DNA from: Gammaproteobacteria bacterium
GTDB lineage: Bacteria > Pseudomonadota > Gammaproteobacteria > Enterobacterales > Psychrobiaceae
Reading direction: 5' to 3'
Length of the DNA stretch: 64,000 bases
Assembly: GCA_013214945.1 (NCBI GenBank)
Contig: JABSRT010000009.1
Coordinates: 63,070-127,069, forward strand
This document shows positions 9,033 through 17,353 of this stretch, piece by piece. The translations under genes and the position numbers were made by a program. The notes below the pieces were generated by a model, which saw only the letters and a program-made list of their open reading frames with translations, was not told the DNA's origin and did not search any database. Positions within the stretch are counted from its first letter, which is position 1, and every line of letters starts with the position of its first letter.

Positions 9033-10220
9033 TCAGATTGATATCACCCGTTCTAGCACTCTAATTCGTGACATTAGTTCGTCGCGGTCAACATAACAGC
9101 CCTGCAAGTGACGTTCTCCTTGTTGCAGATCAAAAGCGTTTCTGGCGTGTAATACTCGCCGATTATCAAACACTACTAGGTCACCGGGCTCCAATCGGTA
9201 GTAAAACTGAAAACTGGCTTGACGGGTTAATGTCATAAAACAACGATAACCCCGATAAAATGGGATCACTTGCTCGGCCGGAAGATCTAACGGCCCGCGC
9301 AAAAAGTTAGCTAACCGTATTTCCACCACGTCACCCTTGCTATCAAGGACTAAGGCTGGGCCACTAAAGCGGTAATCACTGTTCTTGTCGGTATTGCGAA
9401 ATTCCATTGCGATAGTGCTTAAGGCTTTAAATTCAGCCGGAAAGTGTTGGCGCATGTGATCGGCAATTTTAAAACCATCAACCAATCTTGATTCACCGCC
9501 ACCAGCATCGTTAATCAGGCAATGTAAAAACTGCAAACCTGGCTGTAATTCTCGAGTCGGCAAGTCGGTATGTAGTGGTAGGCGCAGGGTCGTATAAGCC
9601 GCGCTGTTAGCATTAGGTTTGGCTTTAACATCAAATAACACCCCAAAGTTAGTCTCTCGAATAAAGGATATTCTATTGGCGACCTTAGCCACAGTGCCAA
9701 CGCTAGTGTCGACGCCTTTAATCAAGGCAATGCCATAATCTCGTTGATCGCGTAACCAATCAAGCAATGCCAAATCGTCTTGCATCACCTGCTCATATTG
9801 ATGCTTTGGCAATTGCTCACAGATCCGAGCCTTGTCCCATATTTTAGGCGCTTTATAACGCTTAGCTCGCGCTTGGACACTGTAGCAATGTGACCTTAAC
9901 CAACCGGGATGAAAGCGACTGATGTGTTGGTCATTACCCCAAGTTACTAATAGCCGGCCATCGTCAGCAATGGTTACCTTTGAAGGGGCGATATCTAATG
10001 GTACATCACAAATTTCAAAGACTTGCTCGCGACTTAGCGGCGTGACACAGTCGGCACAAGCACAGTTATCTCGCAGCCACAAATAATGAAATTCGCTGTT
10101 AACGTCATCATTCCAACTTACCGTTAATAATTCACTGCCAAGATCAACAGCCACTGGCAGATGCTCAATTTTATAGGGGGTAAAATCCGGTAGCTCCGAT
10201 ATATTTATTGCTTGATTCAT
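9033..10220 (-). CDS. Gamma-butyrobetaine dioxygenase (TauD/TfdA-family Fe(II)/2-oxoglutarate oxygenase with N-terminal DUF971 Zn-Cys domain)
   Basis: N-terminal CACADC Cys cluster, H-x-D facial triad (LHTDLP), distal His (RVLHAR), 395 aa as in bacterial/eukaryotic BBOX. Confidence 0.8.
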   Translation of the reverse strand: MNQAINISELPDFTPYKIEHLPVAVDLGSELLTVSWNDDVNSEFHYLWLRDNCACADCVTPLSREQVFEICDVPLDIAPSKVTIADDGRLLVTWGNDQHISRFHPGWLRSHCYSVQARAKRYKAPKIWDKARICEQLPKHQYEQVMQDDLALLDWLRDQRDYGIALIKGVDTSVGTVAKVANRISFIRETNFGVLFDVKAKPNANSAAYTTLRLPLHTDLPTRELQPGLQFLHCLINDAGGGESRLVDGFKIADHMRQHFPAEFKALSTIAMEFRNTDKNSDYRFSGPALVLDSKGDVVEIRLANFLRGPLDLPAEQVIPFYRGYRCFMTLTRQASFQFYYRLEPGDLVVFDNRRVLHARNAFDLQQGERHLQGCYVDRDELMSRIRVLERVISI

Positions 10221-10330
10221 GGCTCGCTTATCCTTGAGGTGTTCACTGATTAACTGAGATTATGATTCAAAATATATACTGTTAGCTCATCACAACGATG
10301 GCCCAAAACCGTCGATTTATAGCACGTAAT

Positions 10331-10460
10331 CGCCATCTGTTTTCACCTCATATTTTCACCTCATATTTTCACCTCATATTTTCACCTCATATTTTCACCT
10401 CACATTTTCACGCCATGTTTTCACGCCACGCTTTCACGCCATATTTTCACGCCATTGACA
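10331..10460. repeat. 10 x 13-bp head-to-tail tandem array with two subfamilies: CACCTCATATTTT (x5) and CACGCCATNTTTT (x4-5)
   Basis: Read directly with unit boundaries checked base by base. It lies in the 700-bp divergent spacer between the dioxygenase and the ABC importer. Confidence 0.95.
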
Positions 10461-10566
10461 TTATTAACGATTAACCACGTCGCCCACCTAGCCAGAGCAT
10501 CTTAATAATCTGTTGGTATTTAACAAATATAAGTCAATACACGCCGTCACAAGCTAAACCGGCCCA

Positions 10567-10619
10567 TTTACGACACATTTGATTTATCGTCGAATTTAGT
10601 CAACTAGTCTTCGAAAAAT
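10567..10619 (+). promoter_or_regulatory. Tripartite conserved element copy B: TTTACGACAC-N14-CGAATTTAG-N12-CGAAAAAT
   Basis: Same three blocks, spacing and orientation as copy A at 3955-4007. Confidence 0.5.
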
Positions 10620-10971
10620 ATAAAAAACTATGGCTTAAGATGGGTAGTTTTAATAGAGCCTCAGCAAGTCTACTATTTATTTACTGAGCGATATGGCGCA
10701 ACAACTCGAATAAATTCCAGACCCGCCCGTTATTGAATTGGTCTGGTAATACCAATTTGATTAATTAAGTGATCAATTTTGTAGCGTAGAAAAAAGGATT
10801 AGAACAAGGCATTTATTTTATATCTAGTCGTTCTACATATTAAAGAAATAACGTAATTTCCTACAGGACGTAGGCAAGGGGCGCTAGCAGGACGCGATAG
10901 CCTTATTATTCGTTTTTACCGTGAAAAATGATCATCTATATAATGAAATTGGTATAAATAAGGTGTGCAAA

Positions 10972-12039
10972 ATGATTAAAGACAATACCGCCAGAACGGC
11001 GATTGAATGTCGTAATGTTTGGAAAATTTTCGGAAAACGCGCCGACGAGGCCCTTGAAGCGGTCAAAACTCGCGGCCTAACCAAAGAACAAATTCATCAA
11101 GAATATGATTGTGTAGTCGCTGTCGCCGATGCAACTTTCGACGCCAAAGAAGGGGAAATATTTTGTATTATGGGTCTGTCTGGCAGCGGTAAATCTACGT
11201 TAGTGCGCCACATTAACCGTTTAATTGAGCCAACCGCCGGTGATATATTAATCGGAGATCAAGACATTAACGCCCTTAACGCTCAACAACTTCGTCAAAT
11301 TCGTGCCGAAAAAATCGGGATGGTCTTTCAGCATACCGCCCTGCTGCCGCATCGTACGGTCCGAGAAAATGTCGCGCTCAGTCTTGAGTTACGTGATGTC
11401 GATGAGCAAAAACGGCTTAAAATTGCGGAACAAAAATTAGCCTTGGTCCAATTAACTGGTTGGGAAGATCGCATGCCCTCAGAACTCTCTGGCGGCATGC
11501 AACAACGTGTTGGCTTGGCCAGAGCGATGGCTGCCGATCCTGAAATTTTACTAATGGATGAACCCTTTAGTGCGTTAGATCCTTTGATCCGTCGCCAACT
11601 GCAAGATCAATTCTTGGAACTGGCTCGCTCAATGAACAAAACCACCTTATTTATTACCCACGATCTTGATGAGGCCATTCGCATTGGCAATCGCATCGCG
11701 ATTATGAAAGATGGTGAAATAGTTCAAATTGGCACCCCAGAGCAAATAATCACCGCACCTGCCAACGACTATGTCGCAGATTTTGTAAAAGATATTTCAC
11801 GCTTAAAATTAGTCTCGGCCCAAACAATCATGGAGCCACTGGCCAATTACTTAGCCTTGCATGATCTTGACCTTAGCAGCTGTCCGACCGCGCCTCATGA
11901 TGCTGATTTGGATTATCTCATTAACTTAGCGGTCACTCATGATTCACCAATAATAGTCAACGACCAGCATGTACCGGTCGGAGTTGTGACCAAGCGTCAG
12001 TTATTACGCGGTATTCAAGGGGGCAATGCCAATGAATAA
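10972..12039 (+). CDS. Glycine betaine/carnitine/choline ABC transporter ATP-binding protein (ProV/OpuAA-like, C-terminal CBS pair)
   Basis: Walker A GLSGSGKST, signature LSGGMQQRVGLARA, Walker B LLMDEPFSALD. ATG 10972 is preferred (AAGGTG SD, N-terminal length matches ProV). GTG 10921 is the longest ORF. Confidence 0.85.
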   Translation: MIKDNTARTAIECRNVWKIFGKRADEALEAVKTRGLTKEQIHQEYDCVVAVADATFDAKEGEIFCIMGLSGSGKSTLVRHINRLIEPTAGDILIGDQDINALNAQQLRQIRAEKIGMVFQHTALLPHRTVRENVALSLELRDVDEQKRLKIAEQKLALVQLTGWEDRMPSELSGGMQQRVGLARAMAADPEILLMDEPFSALDPLIRRQLQDQFLELARSMNKTTLFITHDLDEAIRIGNRIAIMKDGEIVQIGTPEQIITAPANDYVADFVKDISRLKLVSAQTIMEPLANYLALHDLDLSSCPTAPHDADLDYLINLAVTHDSPIIVNDQHVPVGVVTKRQLLRGIQGGNANE

Positions 12040-13366
12040 TCTCAATAACCACACCATGAATGAGCGAGAAACCGAGCAACTTAAAGACTTTTTAGTCAGC
12101 TCAAGCGATTATTACCTCGAACAATTTAACCAGATAGCGCAAGGCCGAAAATATCAGCTCAATTTGGCCGCTGTGTTATTTGGACCAATGTGGGCGGCCA
12201 GCCGTAATATCTGGCAGCTGTTTTGGCTGCTAGCGGTAACCGACATTACTGCTTTTATTATCATTGGCCGCAGCCTATGGGGCGGTGAGATGTATGCCGA
12301 TGCTAGCCTAGCATTAGGCCTTGGCATATTGTTGCTGTGTCGCGGCATCGGCGGATGTGTTGCTAACCTGCTTTATCATCGTAATTTTAGTCAATGGCGA
12401 ATTAATCCCAACGTTCAGTCTGGCACTAGCAACCAGCGTGCTGGCCGCGGCTTGTTATTAATCGCAGCGACTTACCCGCTGACCATTTATCGCTTTAGTG
12501 CCCAAGACGTCGTCGATTTCGTAGCAACATTCCCAACGTCACGAAAAATTGCCTCAACCACCGCGCGTAGCATCGACAACGCCGTTGATTGGTTAACCAT
12601 CACGTTCGAAGACATGTTTGATTCCATTACTTGGTTAATCCGCAGCATGTTGGACTTTCTCGAATTACTGTTCATTGGCACGCCTTGGCCGGTGATGGCT
12701 TTGCTGCTGTTATTAATGGCGTGGAAGTCAGCAGGCTGGCGCGTGGTTGCTTTTACCGCACTGGCTTTGGCATATCTTGGTTTCTTTGGCTTTTGGGATA
12801 AAGCAATGAGCACCATGGCATTGGTTGGTGCATCGGTATTTATTTGTTTAAGCATCGGCGCGCCACTGGGCATTATTGCAGCGAGAAATCCACGCTTTAA
12901 TGCGGTGCTAAATCCCATTCTCGATATTATGCAGACCATGCCAAGTTTTGTTTACTTAATCCCAGCTATTGCTTTCTTTTCGGTCGGTAAACCGCCAGCG
13001 GTACTTGCCACCGTCGTTTTTGCAATGCCGCCGATGATCCGCATGACCACACTGGGCATTCAGCAAGTCAGTCCGAGTGTGATCGAGGCGATGGAAGCCT
13101 TTGGTGCCAGTCCTCGACAAATATTATTCAAAGCCCAATTACCACTCGCCGTACCTTCAATTATGGCTGGCATCAATCAAAGCATCATGATGAGCCTGTC
13201 GATGGTGGTGGTTGCCGCGTTAATCGGTGCTGGAGGTTTGGGTTATGACGTGCTTTTTTCACTACAGCATCTTGAAGCGGGCAAAGGTTTATTAGCCGGA
13301 CTCGCTATTGTGCTTTGTGCAATGATCATGGATCGAATTATTCAAGGCCACCATAAATCGTCTTGA
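12026..13366 (+). CDS. ProW/OpuAB-like ABC permease with about 200-aa N-terminal extension resembling DUF2628
   Basis: C-terminal half carries the BPD-type permease core (MQTMPSFVYLIPAIAFFSVGKPPAVLATVVFAMPP). The N-terminus has YYLEQF...NLAAVLFGPMWAASRNIW plus 2 TM. Start overlaps the proV-like stop by 14 nt. Confidence 0.8.
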   Translation: MPMNNLNNHTMNERETEQLKDFLVSSSDYYLEQFNQIAQGRKYQLNLAAVLFGPMWAASRNIWQLFWLLAVTDITAFIIIGRSLWGGEMYADASLALGLGILLLCRGIGGCVANLLYHRNFSQWRINPNVQSGTSNQRAGRGLLLIAATYPLTIYRFSAQDVVDFVATFPTSRKIASTTARSIDNAVDWLTITFEDMFDSITWLIRSMLDFLELLFIGTPWPVMALLLLLMAWKSAGWRVVAFTALALAYLGFFGFWDKAMSTMALVGASVFICLSIGAPLGIIAARNPRFNAVLNPILDIMQTMPSFVYLIPAIAFFSVGKPPAVLATVVFAMPPMIRMTTLGIQQVSPSVIEAMEAFGASPRQILFKAQLPLAVPSIMAGINQSIMMSLSMVVVAALIGAGGLGYDVLFSLQHLEAGKGLLAGLAIVLCAMIMDRIIQGHHKSS

Positions 13367-13459
13367 GCAAGTTTTCACAGGGGCTCAGTATCATTGGGCC
13401 CCGCTATTAGCCAAAAATTTAACTATATAAAAAATATCAAACAATAAAAGGAAATAGCG

Positions 13460-14464
13460 ATGAACAAACTACTAAAAACAATTAGTTTAACCGCAGCATT
13501 GGGGCTACTGTCTCAGGGCGTTGCTGCCAAAGAAACCGTGGTAATTGGTGAAGTAAGCTGGGATGCATCACTGGCGATTGAAAACGTGCTAAAAATAATT
13601 ATGGAACAGCATTTAAATGTTAATGTTGAAATTATCGCAGCAGATCAGGCAGCGATCTGGTCAGCAATGAACAAAGGCAAAGGCAGCATTGATGTTCACC
13701 CCGATGTTTGGTCGTCTGCACAAACCCAGGCTTGGGCAAAATTCATTGCCAAAGGCGGTAAAGAATCGGTTCGCGCCAACAAAACGCCTTATCTTGGTAC
13801 CGACGGTTTATTTATTCCCGGTTTCATTCAAGACAAATATGGAGTTAAAACCGTGCACGATCTAGCGCGTCCAGAAATTGCTAAACTGTTCGATACCGAC
13901 GGCGACGGCAAAGGCGAATATTGGCCCGGCGCTCCCGGTTGGTCTGGGGTTAAAATCAATCAAATTAAAGCCAAAAGTTACGGCTTTGACAAACTATTCA
14001 AGCCAGTGATTATTTCTGATTCGTTGATCAAAGCGCAAATAAAAACAGCATTTCGTAAAAAGAAAGGCATTTTGTTTTATTCTTGGACGCCAGAATGGAT
14101 CCATTCGGCTTATGACTTAAGAAAACTCGAAGAGCCCAAATTCACCGGTTATGCCAGCGACAGTAAAAAAGAACATGTCCAATACAATGCGCAAGGTTGC
14201 TACAAGTTCAACGACACCGAAAACTGGCTTGAAGATAGCTCAATTACTTGTGGTGCCCCAACCACTGAGGTATACATCGCCTACTCGCGTTCACTTGAGC
14301 AACGCTCACCTAAGGTCGCAGAGTTTTTAAGTAATGTTAAATTAGACGCCAATGACGTGAGCGTCTGGATCAACAAGATAGCCCAAGACAAAGAAGATCC
14401 TATCGACATGGCACAAGCATGGGTCGATGCCAATGCCAATATTGTTCAAAGCTGGCTCCAGTAA
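13460..14464 (+). CDS. ProX/OpuAC-type periplasmic quaternary-amine binding protein
   Basis: Signal peptide (..GVAA/KE), 334 aa, Trp-rich ProX-like sequence, operon position. Confidence 0.8.
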   Translation: MNKLLKTISLTAALGLLSQGVAAKETVVIGEVSWDASLAIENVLKIIMEQHLNVNVEIIAADQAAIWSAMNKGKGSIDVHPDVWSSAQTQAWAKFIAKGGKESVRANKTPYLGTDGLFIPGFIQDKYGVKTVHDLARPEIAKLFDTDGDGKGEYWPGAPGWSGVKINQIKAKSYGFDKLFKPVIISDSLIKAQIKTAFRKKKGILFYSWTPEWIHSAYDLRKLEEPKFTGYASDSKKEHVQYNAQGCYKFNDTENWLEDSSITCGAPTTEVYIAYSRSLEQRSPKVAEFLSNVKLDANDVSVWINKIAQDKEDPIDMAQAWVDANANIVQSWLQ

Positions 14465-14466
14465 TC

Positions 14467-14514
14467 GGAGTTTGACTGTGGCAGGAGTTTGACCTTGGCA
14501 GGAGCATCACCATG
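14467..14514 (+). repeat. 2.8 x 17-bp tandem repeat GGAGTTTGACTGTGGCA / GGAGTTTGACCTTGGCA / GGAGCATCACCATG; each unit is SD-7 nt-start (GTG, TTG, ATG)
   Basis: Read directly. The third unit is the functional RBS plus ATG (14512) of the esterase gene. Confidence 0.85.
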
Positions 14515-15429
14515 ATAAACAAATCTTATTTATTAAGTGATGCAATGGCTCGCTTTGTGATGCAAAGTGAGGCTTTTTTCCCTGCTGATGTGGTTAAACA
14601 AGGACTAAGTGCTCAACGGGCTGCCTATGAGGCGATGGCACAGTATTTTTCGCCACCGCGTCCAGCAAGTTTAGTGATCACAGATAGAAGCATAAACGGC
14701 GTTTTGACCCGCCGTTATCAACCAGCTTCCCCGCAGACTAACCAAACGCGGATCTTATTTGCCCATGGTGGCGGTTGGTATCTTGGTAGTCTCGACAGTC
14801 ACGACAGCTTTTGTGCCCAATTGGCCCATGACTGCGGCATTACCGTTATTGCTGTTGATTATCGACTTGCGCCTGAAGCACCATACCCAGCAGGCCTCGA
14901 TGATTTAAGTGCTGTTTATCAGGCATTGCTGGTGCAAGATCCTAGCCCGCTGTTATTGGTGGGTGACAGCGCAGGCGGAAATTTAGTGGCAGCGTTAACC
15001 TTACGTTGCCGCCGTAATAAGTTAGTGCAAGCATGTGGTCAAATCCTGATTTATCCGGCGCTCGCACAACCAGCAAGCCTACCATCACACCAAAACTTGG
15101 CCGATGCACCTTTGCTTGATCGTGACAGTCTTAATTTTTGCTGGCGCAACTATAGTGAAAATAATGGTGACATAGATCCCGAGCTGTACCCGTTACAGGC
15201 ACAATCACTCGCATTGCTGCCGCGTGCTGCGATTATCGCTGGTGAGTATGATCCACTCATCGACGACGCGCGTTATTATTCCCAGCAATTGGTGCAAGAT
15301 GGTGTATCAACACAGTTCACCGTTATTGAGGGCTTAGTGCACGGTGCTTTAAGAGCAACCCCAACAACTGAAGCTCAGCTACTTTATCAAACGATATGTA
15401 ATACAGTGCAGCAACTAACTGATAGCTAA
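14512..15429 (+). CDS. Alpha/beta hydrolase, hormone-sensitive-lipase family (family IV) esterase
   Basis: HGGGW oxyanion motif, GDSAGG nucleophile elbow, C-terminal HG. It is the last gene of the ABC importer operon. Confidence 0.8.
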   Translation: MINKSYLLSDAMARFVMQSEAFFPADVVKQGLSAQRAAYEAMAQYFSPPRPASLVITDRSINGVLTRRYQPASPQTNQTRILFAHGGGWYLGSLDSHDSFCAQLAHDCGITVIAVDYRLAPEAPYPAGLDDLSAVYQALLVQDPSPLLLVGDSAGGNLVAALTLRCRRNKLVQACGQILIYPALAQPASLPSHQNLADAPLLDRDSLNFCWRNYSENNGDIDPELYPLQAQSLALLPRAAIIAGEYDPLIDDARYYSQQLVQDGVSTQFTVIEGLVHGALRATPTTEAQLLYQTICNTVQQLTDS

Positions 15430-15445
15430 TTTAGATAACCTAATT

Positions 15446-17353
15446 TTAAATATCGCATGCCGGCGAAATGTCAGACATTTGCTGTGCCAACAGTTCACTA
15501 ATTTTCGAGCCGGACTGCGGCTTAGCCAAGTAAAATCCTTGGACCTGCTCGCAACCTTCTGCCGCGAGCAATTCGTATTGCTCTTTGGTTTCGATGCCCT
15601 CGACCACCAATTTCATATTCAAGTTTTTCCCTAACTGGACTATGGTGTGAATAAATCGTAATGCATTAGGATCTTGCCCGAGATCGGTAATAAACGAGCG
15701 ATCTATTTTTAGCTTATTCAATGGCAGATTTTTTAAATGACTTAACGATGAATAACCGGTACCAAAATCATCAAGTGCCAGTTCAACTCCTAACGACGCC
15801 AACATAAATAACACATCAGGTGAAGCTTCGATGTCACTCATGGTGGTGGTTTCGGTCACTTCGATCATCAGTTGCTTAGGGCATAACCCAGTACTTTTTA
15901 ATACATCTTCAACCGCTTGCTGCAAGTCACCGCATCGATACATCGCCGGCGAAATATTGACTGAGGTTTGAATTTGTTCCAAACCGGCTTGCTGCCATAA
16001 CATGTTCTGACGACAAGCCGTCAACAGTACCCATTTATCAAGGCGGGTACCAAGACCATACTGACTCGCAATATCAATAATTTCAGGGGGTGAGATAGGA
16101 CCATATTTAGGATGAGACCAACGCAATAGCGCTTCTACGCATTCAATTTTACCGCAAGCAAACGAAAACAACGGTTGGTACAAGAGTCGCAGCTGGTCAT
16201 TTTCAATAGCATCGACTAAATCATTAGCAAGTTGCTTGCGCCGTAGTAAGCTATTAAACATATCAGGATCATAAAACTGATAGCCGCCCTCTTGCTCTTT
16301 TTTGACCTTGTACATCGCCATATCAGCATTAATTTGCAACTGCTCCACTTTGAGCGAGTCGAGCGGATAAAGACTAATGCCAACACTGGCTGTCACTGAA
16401 CATTCTTTGCCGCTCAAGTCGTACTTATTGCTAATTGTATCCACGACTTGCTGCGCTAACAATTTCGCCTGCTCGCGGTTATCAAGACCATTTTTAATAA
16501 TCACAAATTCATCGCCGCCCAAGCGGGCTACCGTGTCTTGGCTACTCAGTAAATATCGTAACCGAGAGGCAACAGCGATCAAGATTTGGTCACCAGCGTC
16601 ATGGCCTAATTTATCATTAATTTGTTTAAAACCATTAAGATCGATTAACAACACCGCAAAATTAAGCCGATGTTTTTTGGCAAAAGTTTCGGCGAGTGCT
16701 AATTTCCGATAAAAATTAACCCGATTGGGTAATTTTGTTAAGGCGTCTTCGAGCGCTAAGGCGTGATTACGCCGACTTTCTCGCCATAAAAACCACAGTA
16801 GAATGAGGCCACTAAATACAAAACCAGTGAGATAAAAACCAATTTCAATTTGAATATTATTGCGCTTCATCTGTTCGTAATGAGAATATTTCCCACGAAA
16901 GTTAGCTACTACAATATCGCGGATCAGTTGGTAATAAGGATCTAGTGTGGTGACAATATGGCGATAATTGTCGTTTTTACCTGGCTGTAAATTCTCGATT
17001 ACTGATTCAAGATCATCCAAACTCGCCTGCAGGTCTAGCACTACATTGACCAGCATCGGCTGTTGCCGCAATTCCCTTGATTCTTCACCAATCAACAGGA
17101 CATCGGTCCGACTCCACAACAACTCAAAGCGAATCATTAAGGTGTCAATATCTAGTTCATTGAGCGCGTAAAGATGAACGACCTGCATAAATTTCAGATA
17201 TTCGCTTTCAAGCCGCACCACCGTCCATGCCGTGGTTTTTCCGGTTATAGAAAGTAAATCTATCGTTTGATTATGGCGCTTTAAAGCAACAAATGAGCTC
17301 ACTGCAAAAACGAATACAGTGAATATCATTAAAATAAATCTTTTGTGGCGCAT
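15446..17353 (-). CDS. Membrane-bound GGDEF-EAL protein with periplasmic sensor loop (diguanylate cyclase/phosphodiesterase)
   Basis: 2 TM segments flank a loop of about 150 aa. Intact GGDEF (RLGGDEFVI) and EAL motifs (EALLRW, EVTET, DDFGTGYSSL, KIDRSF, EGIET, QGFY). Confidence 0.9.
   Translation of the reverse strand: MRHKRFILMIFTVFVFAVSSFVALKRHNQTIDLLSITGKTTAWTVVRLESEYLKFMQVVHLYALNELDIDTLMIRFELLWSRTDVLLIGEESRELRQQPMLVNVVLDLQASLDDLESVIENLQPGKNDNYRHIVTTLDPYYQLIRDIVVANFRGKYSHYEQMKRNNIQIEIGFYLTGFVFSGLILLWFLWRESRRNHALALEDALTKLPNRVNFYRKLALAETFAKKHRLNFAVLLIDLNGFKQINDKLGHDAGDQILIAVASRLRYLLSSQDTVARLGGDEFVIIKNGLDNREQAKLLAQQVVDTISNKYDLSGKECSVTASVGISLYPLDSLKVEQLQINADMAMYKVKKEQEGGYQFYDPDMFNSLLRRKQLANDLVDAIENDQLRLLYQPLFSFACGKIECVEALLRWSHPKYGPISPPEIIDIASQYGLGTRLDKWVLLTACRQNMLWQQAGLEQIQTSVNISPAMYRCGDLQQAVEDVLKSTGLCPKQLMIEVTETTTMSDIEASPDVLFMLASLGVELALDDFGTGYSSLSHLKNLPLNKLKIDRSFITDLGQDPNALRFIHTIVQLGKNLNMKLVVEGIETKEQYELLAAEGCEQVQGFYLAKPQSGSKISELLAQQMSDISPACDI

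Noticed and set aside
10331-10460. Could the 13-bp array be a CRISPR array?
   Set aside because: The units are contiguous with no spacers, the unit length is 13 bp, and there are no cas genes in the window. It is a plain tandem repeat.
10921-10971. GTG-initiated 17-codon N-terminal extension of the ProV-like ATPase
   Set aside because: There is no SD before GTG 10921. ATG 10972 has an AAGGTG SD and gives the N-terminal length seen in ProV/OpuAA proteins.
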